Assembly (NCBI GenBank): GCA_002269645.1
Contig: NIVC01000257.1
Span: forward strand, 496,001-560,000
Length of the DNA stretch: 64,000 nt
Reading direction: 5' to 3'
Source of the DNA: Macrostomum lignano
Lineage: Eukaryota
Below, piece by piece: positions 53,100-64,000 of the stretch. The position numbers and the translations under genes were made by a program. Within the stretch, counting starts at the first letter, position 1. Every line of letters starts with the position of its first letter. The notes under the pieces are model-generated. The model saw only the letters and a list, made by a program, of their open reading frames with translations, made no database searches and was not told where the DNA came from.

Positions 53100-54926
53100 A
53101 TCGAATTTTTTCCGTCAAACAACTCAACTCGCCAGATTCATTAGGGTTAGGGTTAGGGTTAGGGTTAGAACTACGCACAGCTTCGTGTTAAAAGGCACAG
53201 ATAAAAATATTGAACTAATTGAATCAATTCATTGCGCAACCGATTTCACAGTCAGTCAGTATCAGCCTCAGGTAAAGTTAACAAAAACATTGCGCAATCT
53301 AAATCAACCCTCCAATACACAGCAGCAGTGAGAAGTTGAACCCTCCCCCAACAATCTTTGCAGATTAGAGTACAATCTTTGCAGAAAGTTAAAAGTATGG
53401 AAATCGTTTTTCAAATGCTGTGCTTTTTCTTTTCATATTTAAAGCAAACAACTTATATCCCCGAACTCAGCGTTGCAAGATCTTTCCAGTAATATAAGTC
53501 TCTCCTCTCAAAGTTTAAAACTCGAGGAACAGTTAGCGTTTGAAACTGTCTGATTTATAGCATTGAAGTATCGAGTGTACGTTCACTGCCTGCTTGCAAG
53601 ATGATGCATTGAATTTCAATGTCCAACAAATACACAGGACTGCCCATTGAAAGGCAGGAAAACTTATCAGTAGCCATATCATTGCGCAATTATCTATAAA
53701 GTCAGCCAGTGAGCCAGGGTTGACAAATTGAAATCAAGAAATTTTCTATGACAAATTGCTCTGATGCAGTTGAGATTTCGGAACAGAAAATTATACCATT
53801 CTGTTCAGTTTTTCAAACTCTTTCCAACGGTGTGATTCACTTTTCTGTAGCTTGAAAATTAAAAGCAGAAATTAAGGTGCAAGTTTTCCCGTTTCTTACT
53901 TGCAGAGCGCAATGTACACTCTGTGATGAGTTAAAAAATCAAGCCATCCATTCTCGCGCAGTGTGCACCTCCACCCCTTTTTAACACTGAGCAAGTAGGC
54001 CGCCAATTCTCAAGTGCCGGCGACCCTCCCCCAGCTGAAATGAAATACACTGCAGAGATAGGAGAAAAGTTGTGGCGCAACCATACAAAATAGCGTCAAG
54101 TGGGAAGTCCATGGAATGCGATATATAGACATCTGGTCTGGCTGTCTGGTTTGTGCTGTTTTCTGCTTTTTTGAAGCACTTAAAATTGAAATTTGAAAAT
54201 GAATTTTAAATTGTAGCATCGTCGGGACATTTGACATGTTTTGGTACCGGTTTGAAAGTTGAGTTGCAAGAATCATAGGAGGAGATCGTCGACAAACCCG
54301 GCCCACCGGCCCACCCTACCACCGGACCACGACGTCAGCTTTAGTATATAGAGGACTAGCTAATTAGAGCTGGCTGCCAGCATCCAGAATAATTTTTATT
54401 GCCCCCACCCTTTAAGTGGGTCCAGTGAGTTTTCTTATCAGTTGGCTCTGGCGCAATCAATTAAAATTGACTGAGAAGTTTCTCGCTGATAAAATTTGCA
54501 TTGAAAAAGGCTATTTAAAACAGTTTTTCGAATATTTAATCCCTTTAGCATTGAAGCAGATACAAGAAATTTTAACCATACAATCCCAGGCTGATTACAA
54601 ATCTTTTGGCGAAAACGCAATCAAAATCGATGAAGAATTGCAATCTCTAGAGCGTTATGGACAAACATACAAACAAACCTTAGAGATTTAGTATATTTAG
54701 ATTTAGATTTAGAAGATTTTTCTCTAATCGATTACAAGCAAGCAAGCAAGATTTTCATTTTTAGTATATAGGATTTAACATGGAGCAATTTCTTAGCCAA
54801 GATGCATGTACCGTCACGGGAAAATTTCTGATCAAACAGTGCAAGTCTCATGAAAATCGGTTAAGCCATTTTTTCTCTAATCGATTACAAGCAAGCAAGC
54901 AAGATTTTCATTTTTAGTATATAGGA
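53100..54926 (-). mobile_element. Diverged or partial Helitron-like units and duplicated 5' ends
   Basis: TTTAGTATATAGAGGA|CTAG junction at 54355/6 with hairpin GCTGGCTGCCAGC; 54717-54926 duplicates the H3 end (CAAGCAAGCAAGATTTTCATTTTTAGTATATAGGA) twice. Confidence 0.6.
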
Positions 54927-55390
54927 TATATAGGATAGAGATCTGGCTGAGATAGGATTGAGATCTGGCTGAGATGGGATTGAGATCTGGCTGAGATAGG
55001 ATACAGATCTGGCTGAGATAGGATACAGATCTGGCTGAGATAGGATAGAGATCTGGCTGAGATAGGATAGAGATCTGGCTGAGATAGGATAGAGATCTGG
55101 CTGAGATAGGATAGAGATCTGGTTGAGATAGGATACAGATCTGGCTGAGATAGGATAGAGATCTGGCTGAGATAGGATAGAGATCTGGCTGAGATAGGAT
55201 AGAGATCTGGTTGAGATAGGATACAGATCTGGCTGAGATAGGATAGAGATCTGGCTGAGATAGGATAGAGATCTGGCTGAGATAGGATAGAGATCTGGCT
55301 GAGATGGGATAGAGATCTGGCTGAGATGGGATTGAGATCTGGCTGAGATAGGATAGAGATCTGGCTGAGATAGGATAGAGATCTGTTGTA
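54927..55390. repeat. 20-bp minisatellite (GATAGAGATCTGGCTGAGATAG-like)n
   Basis: Visible; the same unit occurs at 22835-22879 on the other side of the Helitron block. Confidence 0.93.
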
Positions 55391-55504
55391 GAGATTAGAC
55401 AGATTAAAAAGTAAGTTCGCATTTCATTGCTCCTTTTACATTACGACATTACCCAGTCAGTTGCTATGCTCTGATTCCTCATCCTTTATAATTTGAAAAC
55501 CCAG

Positions 55505-55776
55505 CCTGCGACAGCCTCGAAGTCGGCATCGTGTTAACTTCGCCGATCAATGGCGACGAGTTGCCAGTCGGTTTTGTGGACATCTCGCCGCGCGAGAGCC
55601 TGGAACAGCTGCGCAAGCGGGCGGCCGTCTTCCTGCCTCTGCTGGCGGGCTGCGAGTTTCTGTTTCTGAACAGGCGCGGCTGGCCTGTCAGCGAGCTGTA
55701 CGAGGCTCGGCTAAGAGTGCACGAAGTGCTGGATCACCGCAGGAGTGTGTCGGTGGCGCCGCTGAGTCGGATGCAG
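55505..55776 (+). CDS. Ubl-Ubl-TIR gene exon (second ubiquitin-like-looking domain)
   Basis: Acceptor CCAG at 55501-55504 (phase 1), PVGFVDISPRESLEQLR...EFLFLNRRGWPV...E, donor GTGTAG at 55777 (phase 0). Confidence 0.75.
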
Positions 55777-55869
55777 GTGTAGTGGGGACTAGGACACTCG
55801 GGGTAGCTATTGGGGATTGAGATCTGATTCTTATGATTGGAAAATGGAAAATTTGAGATAACTTTTTTG

Positions 55870-58185
55870 TTGGGTAAACGTTTTATTTGGGATCGGGATT
55901 CTTATATCTTGGGATAATTTGTTGGTTGAGGATGTTGATGGGCATCGGGATTCTTATAATTTGAGATATTTATAAGTTGGGGATATTGATGGAGATCGGG
56001 ATTCTTATAATTTGGGATAATTTAGGATTTAGGGATATTGATGAGCATCGGGATTCTTATAATTTGAGATAATTTATAGGTTGGGGATATTGATGAGGAT
56101 CGGGATTCTTATAATTTGAGATAATTTATAAGTTGGGGATAATGATGGAGATCGGGATTCTTATAATTTGGGATAATTTAGGATTTAGGGATATTGATGA
56201 GGATCGGGATTCTTATAATTTGAGATAATTTATAGGTTGGGGATATTGATGAGGATCGGGATTCTTCTAATTTGAGATAATTTATAGGTTGGGGATAATG
56301 ATGAGGATCGGGATTCTTATAATTTGAGATAATTTATAGGTTGGGGATAATGATGAGGATCGGGATTCTTATAATTTGAGATAATTTATAGGTTGGGGAT
56401 ATTGATGAGGATCGGGATTCTTATAATTTGGGATAATTTATAGGTTGGGGATAATTATGAGGATCGGGATTCTTATAATTTGAGATAATTTATAAGTTGG
56501 GGATATTGATGAGGATCGGGATTCTTATAATTTGAGATAATTTATAAGTTGGGGATATTGATGAGGATCGGGATTCTTATAATTTGAGATAATTTATAAG
56601 TTGGGGATAATGATGAGGATCGGGATTCTTATAATTTGAGATAATTTATAGGTTGGGGATATTGATGGAGATCGGGATTCTTATAATTTGAGATAATTTA
56701 TAAGTTGGGGATATTGATGGAGATCGGAATTCTTATAATTTGGGATAATTTAGGATTTAGGGATATTGATGAGGATCGGGATTCTTATAATTTGAGATAA
56801 TTTATAGGTTGGGGATATTGATGAGGATCGGGATTCTTATAATTTGAGATAATTTATAAGTTGGGGATAATGATGGAGATCGGGATTCTATAATTTGAGA
56901 TAATTTATAGGTTGTGGATAATGATGGGGATCGGGATTCTTATAATTTGAGATAATTTATAGGTTGGGTATAATGATGAGGATCGGGATTCTTATAATTT
57001 GAGATAATTTATAAGTTGGGGATAATGATGAGGATCGGGATTCTTATAATTTGAGATAATTTATAGGTTGGGGATATTGATGACGATCGGGATTCTTATA
57101 ATTTGAGATAATTTATAAGTTGGGGATAATGATGAGGATCGGGATTCTTATAATTTGAGATAATTTATAAGTTGGGGATAATGATGAGGATCGGGATTCT
57201 TATAATTTGAGATAATTTATAAGTTGGAGATAATGATGAGGATCGGGATTCTTATAATTTGAGATAATTTATAGGTTAGGGATATTGATGAGGATCGGGA
57301 TTCTTATAATTTGAGATAATTTATAGGTTGGGGATAATGATGGGGATCGGGATTCTTATAATTTGAGATAATTTATAGGTTGGGGATAATGATGGGGATC
57401 GGGATTCTTATAATTTGAGTTATTTTGAGATAATTTATAGGTTGGGGATATTGATGAGGATCGGAATTCTTATAATTTGAGATAATTTATAGGTTGGGGA
57501 TATTGATGGGAATCGGGATTCTTATAATTTGAGATAATTTATAGGTTGGGGATAATGATGGGGATCGGGATTCTTATAATTTGAGATAATTTATAGGTTG
57601 GGGATAATGATGAGGATCGGGATTCTTATAATTTGAGATAATTTATAGGTTGGGGATATTGATGAGGATCGGGATTCTTATAATTTGAGATAATTTATAG
57701 GTTGGGGATAATGATGGGGATCGGGATTCTTATAATTTGAAATAATTTATAGGTTGGGGATATTGATGAGGATCGGGATTCTTATAATTTGAGATAATTT
57801 ATAGGTTGGGGATAATGATGGGGATCGGGATTCTTCTAATTTGAGATAATTTATAAGTTGGGGATATTGATGGGGATCGGGATTCTTATAATTTGAGATA
57901 ATTTATAAGTTGGGGATATTGATGGGGATCGGGATTCTTATAATTTGGGATAATTTATAGGTTGGGGATAATGATGGGGATCGGGATTCTTATAATTTGA
58001 GATAATTTATAGGTTGGGGATAATGATGGGGATCGGGATTCTTATAATTTGAGATAATTTATAAGTTGAGGATAATGATGGGGATCGGGATTCTTATAAT
58101 TTGAGATAATTTATAAGTTGGAGATATTGATGGGCATCGGGATTCTTCTAATTTGGGATAATTTATGAGCTGGGGATATTGATGT
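55870..58185. repeat. 52-bp intronic minisatellite (GATCGGGATTCTTATAATTTGAGATAATTTATAGGTTGGGGATATTGATGAG)n
   Basis: Visible tandem unit. Confidence 0.96.
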
Positions 58186-58236
58186 AGTTTTTTTAAATTA
58201 GAATACATAATGAAAATTATATTAAACAATTCCTAG

Positions 58237-58620
58237 GCCGATGTTCGCCTCCTTGCGGGGGCCTCGGCCGCCGCTCACGCCATCCCCGCCTGCCCAGCAA
58301 CAGCGGCAGCAGCCTCGCCCTCGCTTGCACCCGCGCTGCTTCCGTCAGCGCGGCAGCCGCCCCAGACTCCGCTGCCGCCGGCCGCGCCATACCGGCCGCA
58401 CAGCTCATTGGCGGTAGCGAGCAGCAACCTGGCTGGTACCGCCGCTGGCGGCAAGCGGCACCTGGAACAGTTGCTAGGCGACGCTGACCTGCTGCAGGGC
58501 CGTCATTCGGGTCGATCGGCCGCCAAAGACATGCTAATTAGCTATGTGAGAGCAGAGGCTGCTCACGTGGCTGTTGTGCTCAAGGAGAAGCTCACGGCTC
58601 TGGGCTGCTCCGTGTTTCTG
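58237..58620 (+). CDS. TIR gene exon: Pro/Ala linker plus TIR N-terminus
   Basis: Acceptor CCTAG at 58232-58236, 384 nt phase 0-0, ends DMLISYVRAEAAHVAVVLKEKLTALGCSVFL|GTAAGT. Confidence 0.85.
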
Positions 58621-58689
58621 GTAAGTCTGCTCTGGAGTCAATGTTTGAGTTGGTTTAGTTGATTCGTTTCCGGGGCTCGACAGTCAAAT

Positions 58690-59075
58690 CGAAATCTAGA
58701 ATATCAAATTTATGGGAAAAATTATCCATGTGAAATCGGAATCTAGAATCCCTAATTTATGGGGAAAATTGGCTCCCAGTGAAATCGGAATCTAGAATCC
58801 CTAATTTATGGGGAAAATTAATTCCCAGTGAAATCGGAATCCAAAATCCCAAATTTATGGAGAAAAATGGTTCCCAGTGAAATCTGAATTCAAAATCCCA
58901 AATTTATGGGAAAAACTGGTTCCCAGTGAAATCGGAATCTAGAATCTCAAATTTATGGGGAAACTTGGTTCCCAGTGAAATCGCAGTCCAGAATCACGAA
59001 AGTTTGGGGGAAATCCCAGACATTTTTGATTTTAAGCGTCTCAAAATTTAGGGTAAAAAATCCCCAAAACCTGCA
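58690..59075. repeat. ~50-bp degenerate minisatellite (GTGAAATCGGAATCTAGAATCCCTAATTTATGGGGAAAA...)
   Basis: Visible repeats within the TIR intron. Confidence 0.85.
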
Positions 59076-59115
59076 CACCCCACCTGTTTTCCAATCCCTC
59101 AACTCCACTCTGCAG

Positions 59116-59362
59116 GATGTCGACGAGATCGCTCTGGGCTCCGACTGGCAAGACGCTTTGAACGACGCGGTGGCAGCCACGGAGGTCTTCATCCCCTTGG
59201 TGACCCCCCGGTACGGCGCCACCCAGTGGACCAATAGAGAGGTGAAGCTGGCGGACGTGCTTGGCAAAGAGATTCTGCCTATCAGCTTCATCTCCGACTG
59301 GCCACCTCGCTGCCTAGCGATCCAGTTTGCCACCACGCAGTTTGTGCCCTGGTCTGGCGCGT
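59116..59362 (+). CDS. TIR (TIR_2-type) domain core exon
   Basis: DVDEIALGSDWQDALNDAVAATEVFIPLVTPRYGATQWTNREVKLADVLGKEILPI; acceptor TGCAG at 59111-59115, donor GTGAGT at 59363 (phase 1). Confidence 0.9.
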
Positions 59363-59394
59363 GTGAGTGCTTGAGTTGGGGCTCGGGGCGCATT

Positions 59395-60065
59395 GAGACT
59401 CGGTTTTGGCTGTACTGGGACTCGCTTTTGGGCTGTACTGGGACTCGCTTTTGGGCTGTACTGGGACTCGGTTTTGGGCTGTACTGGGACTCGGTTTTGG
59501 GCTGTACTGGGACTCGGTTTTGGGCTGTACTGGGACTCGGTTTGGGCTGTACTGGGACTCGGTTTTGGGCTGTACTGGGACTCGGTTTTGGGCTGTACTG
59601 GGACTCGCTTTCAGGCTGTACTGGGACTCGCTTTCAGGCTGTACTGGGACTCGCTTTCAGGCTGTACTGGGACTCGCTTTCAGGCTGTACTGGGACTCGC
59701 TTTAGGCTGTACTGGGACTCGCTTTCAGGCTGTACTGGGACTCGCTTTAGGCTGTACTGGGACTCGCTTTCAGGCTGTACTGGGACTCGCTTTCAGGCTG
59801 TACTGGGACTCGCTTTAGGCTGTACTGGGACTCGGCTTTAGGCTGTACTGGGACTCGCTTTAGGCTGTACTGGGACTCGGCTTTAGGCTGTACTGGGACT
59901 CGCTTTAGGCTGTACTGGGACTCGGCTTTAGGCTGTACTGGGACTCGCTTTAGGCTGTACTGGGACTCGCTTTCAGGCTGTACTGGGACTCGCTTTAGGC
60001 TGTTCTGGGACTCGCTTTAGGCTGTACTGGGACTCGCTTTCAGGCTGTACTGGGACTCGCTTTTA
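59395..60065. repeat. 21-22-bp minisatellite (GGCTGTACTGGGACTCGCTTTCA)n
   Basis: Visible tandem unit. Confidence 0.95.
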
Positions 60066-60519
60066 GGCTTCATTGCGCAATTGTATCTCGTTTTCTAACT
60101 GATCAATAACTAACGTCTACTAATTAATCTATTCATAATCAGCCATATCTGTAGAGAAAATAAAGCGCCTATAGCCAAGCCTAACTAAAGCAACAACCCA
60201 GTTTCTGACTAATTAGACAGCTTTATTTAAGGTATTTCAACCTAGCGACCTCATTCTAGCAGTAGTGCTCACATAACAGTCTCAATAGCTACCCTCTGTT
60301 TTTGATAAAAAATCTTATCTGAATTTTAGTTGCGAAAGCGGGTTAACGAGTGTAGCCATGAAGTGCGGTTGGCAATCTGCTAATTTGGCAGGTGAATGCC
60401 ATGTGCTAATGACCATTCAGCTGCGCTGTCTTGCGTGGTGCTTTTCTAGAATAGAATATTTTCGGTGGTGGTGGTTCAAGTCTCTCGAATTCTTATATTG
60501 GGAGGCTCTGCTGTATCTT

Positions 60520-61965
60520 CTGAGGGTCTTTCATGAACTGCTGTAGCCTCTGAGGGTCATTCATGAACTGCTGTAGCCTCTGAGGGTCATTCAGTGAACT
60601 ACTGTATCTTCTGCAGGGTCATTCAGTGAACTGCTGTAGCCTCTGAGGGTCATTCAGTGAACTACTGTATCTTCTGCAGGGTCATTCAGTGAACTGCTGT
60701 AGCCTCTGAGGGTCATTCAGTGAACTGCTGTAACCTCTGCAGGGTCATTCAGTGAACTGCTGTAGCCTCTGAGGGTCCTTCAGTGAACTGCTGTATCTTC
60801 TGCAGGGTCATTCAGTGAACTGCTGTAGCCTCTGAGGGTCCTTCAGTGAACTGCTGTAGCCTCTGAGGGTCCTTCAGTGAACTGCTGTATCTTCTGCAGG
60901 GTCATTCAGTGAACTGCTGTAGCCTCTGAGGGTCCTTCAGTGAACTGCTGTATCTTCTGCAGGGTCATTCAGTGAACTGCTGTAGCCTCTGAGGGTCCTT
61001 CAGTGAACTGCTGTATCTTCTGCAGGGTCATTCAGTGAACTGCTGTAGCCTCTGAGGGTCCTTCAGTGAACTGCTGTATCTTCTGCAGGGTCATTCAGTG
61101 AACTGCTGTAGCCTCTGAGGGTCCTTCAGTGAACTGCTGTATCTTCTGCAGGGTCATTCAGTGAACTGCTGTAGCCTCTGAGGGTCCTTCAGTGAACTGC
61201 TGTATCTTCTGAGGGTCATTCAGTGAACTGCTGTATCTTCTGAGGGTCATTCAGTGAACTGCTGTATCTTCTAAGGGTCATTCAGTGAACTGCTGTAGCC
61301 TCTGAGGGTCTTTCATGAACTGCTGTAGCCCCTGAGGGTCGTTTAGTGAACTGCTGTAGCCTCTGAGGGTCTTTCAGTGAACTGCTGTAGCCCCTGAGGG
61401 TCTTTCATGAACTGCTGTAGCCTCTGAGGGTCATTTAGTGAACTGCTGTAGCCTCTGAGGGTCCTTCAGTGAACTGCTGTATCTTCTGCAGGGTCATTCA
61501 GTGAACTGCTGTAGCCTCTGAGGGTCCTTCAGTGAACTGCTGTATCTTCTGAGGGTCATTCAGTGAACTGCTGTATCTTCTGAGGGTCATTCAGTGAACT
61601 GCTGTATCTTCTAAGGGTCATTCAGTGAACTGGTGTAGCCTCTGAGGGTCTTTCAGTGAACTGCTGTAGCCTCTGAGGGTCATTCAGTGAACTACTGTAT
61701 CTTCTGCAGGGTCTTTCAGTGAACTGCTGTAGCCCCTGAGGGTCTTTCATGAACTGCTGTAGCCTCTGAGGGTCCTTCAGTGAACTGCTGTATCTTCTGC
61801 AGGGTCATTCAGTGAACTGCTGTAGCCTCTGAGGGTCCTTCAGTGAACTGCTGTATCTTCTGCAGGGTCATTCAGTGAACTGCTGTAGCCTCTGAGGGTC
61901 CTTCAGTGAACTACTGTATCTTCTGCAGGGTCATTCAGTGAACTGCTGTAGCCTCTGAGGGTTCT
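60520..61965. repeat. 31/32-bp minisatellite (CAGTGAACTGCTGTAGCCTCTGAGGGTCATT)n
   Basis: Visible alternating two-variant unit. Confidence 0.95.
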
Positions 61966-62021
61966 TCCTCTAACACTGAGCCATCCTGCTAGATGCCAGA
62001 CGGATTTCCTCCAACCCGCAG

Positions 62022-62155
62022 ACGACATCGAGTCGGCCAACATCAATGACGAGGCCGGCCGGGTGGCCGAGGAGATCCGGCGGCAGTTCGACGCCAACAA
62101 GCGGCGCCCGCCGGAGTCCGAGTCGGATGAGAGAGGAAGCGCGATGGGGCCGCCT
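62022..62155 (+). CDS. TIR gene downstream exon; gene continues beyond the window
   Basis: Acceptor CCGCAG at 62016-62021 (phase 1), (Y)DIESANINDEAGRVAEEIRRQFDANKRR..., donor GTGAGT at 62156. Confidence 0.7.
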
Positions 62156-62189
62156 GTGAGTTTGAGAAGGAAACGGCGGCTTAGGAGTG

Positions 62190-63950
62190 CCAGAGACTAT
62201 AGAAGAGCGCCAGAGACTATAGAAGAGCGCCAGAGACTATAGAAGAGTGCCAGAGACTATAGAAGAGCGCCAGAGACTATAGAAAGAGCGCCACAGACTA
62301 TAGAAGAGCGCCAGAGACTATAGAAAGAGCGCCAGAGACTATAGAAGAGCGCCAGAGACTATAGAAGAGCGCCAGAGGCTATAGAAAGAGCGCCAGAGAC
62401 TATAGAAGAGCGCCAGAAACTATAGAAAGAGCGCCAGAGACTATAGAAGTGCGCCAGAGACTATAGGAGAGTACCAGAGACTATAGAAAGAGTGCCAGAG
62501 ACTATAGAAGAGCGCCAGAGACTATAGAAAGAGCGCCAGAGACTATAGAAGAGCGCCAGAGACTATAGAAGAGCGCCAGAGACTATAGAAGAGCGCCAGA
62601 GACTATAGAAGAGCGCCAGAGACTATAGAAGAGCGCCAGAGACTATAGAAGAGCGCCAGAGACTATAGAAGAGTGCCAGAGACTATAGAAGAGCGCCAGA
62701 GACTATAGAAGAGCGCCAGAGACTATAGAAGAGCGCCAGAGACTATAGGAGAGTGCCAGAGACTATAGAAGAGCGCCAGAGACTATAGAAGAGCGCCAGA
62801 GACTATAGAAGAGCGCCAGAGACTATAGAAGAGCGCCAGAGACTATAGAAGAGCGCCAGAGACTATAGAAGAGCGCCAGAGACTATAGAAGAGTGCCAGA
62901 GACTATAGAAGAGCGCCAGAGACTATAGAAGAGCGCCAGAGACTATAGAAGAGTGCCAGAGACTATAGAAGAGTGCCAGAGACTATAGAAGAGCGCCAGA
63001 GACTATAGAAGAGCGCCAGAGACTATAGAAGAGCGCCAGAGACTATAGAAGAGCGCCAGAGACTATAGAAAGAGTACCAGAGACTATAGAAGAGCGCCAG
63101 AGACTATAGAAAGAGCGCCAGAGACTATAGAAGAGCGCCAGAGACTATAGAAGAGCGCCAGAGACTATAGAAAGAGTACCAGAGACTATAGCAGAGTACC
63201 AGAGACTAATGGAGAGTGCCAGAGACTATAGAAGAGCGCCAGAGACTATAGAAGAGCGCCAGAGACTATAGAAGAGCGCCAGAGACTATAGAAGAGCGCC
63301 AGAGACTATAGAAGAGCGCCAGAGACTATAGAAAGAGCGCCACAGACTATAGAAGAGCGCCAGAGACTATAGAAAGAGCGCCAGAGACTATAGAAGAGCG
63401 CCAGAGACTATAGAAAGAGCGCCAGAGACTATAGAAGAGCGCCAGAGACTATAGAAGAGCGCCAGAGACTATAGAAGAGCGCCAGAGACTATAGAAGAGC
63501 GCCAGAGACTATAGAAGAGCGCCAGAGACTATAGAAGAGTGCCAGAGACTATAGAAGAGCGCCAGAGACTATAGAAGAGCGCCAGAGACTATAGAAGAGC
63601 GCCAGAGACTATAGGAGAGTACCAGAGACTATAGGAGAGTACCAGAGACTATAGAAGAGTACCAGAGACTATAGAAAGAGCGCCAGAGACTATAGAAGTG
63701 CGCCAGAGACTATAGGAGAGTACCAGAGACTATAGAAAGAGTGCCAGAGACTATAGAAGAGCGCCAGAGACTATAGAAGAGTACCAGAGACTATAGAAGA
63801 GCGCCAGAGACTATAGAAGAGCGCCAGAGACTATAGAAGAGCGCCAGAGACTATAGGAGAGTACCAGAGACTATAGGAGAGTGCCAGAGACTATAGAAGA
63901 GTACCAGAGACTATAGCAGAGTACCAGAGACTAATGGAGAGAGCCAGAAC
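62190..63950. repeat. 20-bp minisatellite (AGAGCGCCAGAGACTATAGA)n
   Basis: Visible tandem unit. Confidence 0.97.
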
Positions 63951-64000
63951 GTGAATAAGCGCTTACCAAGCTAAACAATCGTTGAATTTCAGAGCTTCAA

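Larger units (their letters stand above)
22880..54926 (-). mobile_element. 32-kb head-to-tail array of non-autonomous Helitron-like elements
   Basis: Minus strand reads A|TC...CTAG|T at the outer borders; GC hairpin ~10 nt from each CTAG; direct GGA|CTAG junctions at 36593/4, 45342/3, 48814/5 and 54355/6; flanks rejoin into one unit of the 20-bp minisatellite. Confidence 0.8.

Noticed and set aside
58975-59841. 288-aa continuous ORF as a single-exon TIR protein
   Set aside because: Only 59116-59362 is TIR-like and it is bounded by canonical splice sites; the flanks translate intronic minisatellites.

Overview
Eukaryotic (animal) genomic DNA with GC-rich exons and almost every intron filled by its own micro/minisatellite. 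This style, TTAGGG-type repeats and a start-codon-less exon suggest a free-living flatworm such as Macrostomum, but the organism is an inference. Plus-strand genes are a TRAIP-like RING-H2/coiled-coil gene (1176-2539), LYRM9 (10445-10654) splice-compatible in frame with ALKBH4 (11305/11362-12674), two tandem paralogous secreted proteins with a long-chain four-helix CNTF/IL-6-like cytokine pattern (15565-16932, 18406-20543), and a multi-exon gene encoding two ubiquitin-like-looking domains plus a TIR domain with the WxxxE catalytic motif (22389 to beyond 62155). Mobile DNA includes a near-complete LOA/R1-group LINE (2671-8587, minus), a decayed second copy, and a 294-bp MITE with a 9-bp TSD. 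A 32-kb head-to-tail Helitron array (22880-54926, minus; A|TC...CTAG|T) sits in the first intron of the TIR gene. It carries expanded satellites, CCCTAA runs, tRNA-like relics and a nested 9.8-kb TIR-bounded element whose 633-bp 'satellite' is built from phase-symmetric exons. The top candidate for novelty is the invertebrate helical-cytokine pair, flanked by minisatellites made of STAT and AP-1 motifs. All calls are by eye, with no database searches.
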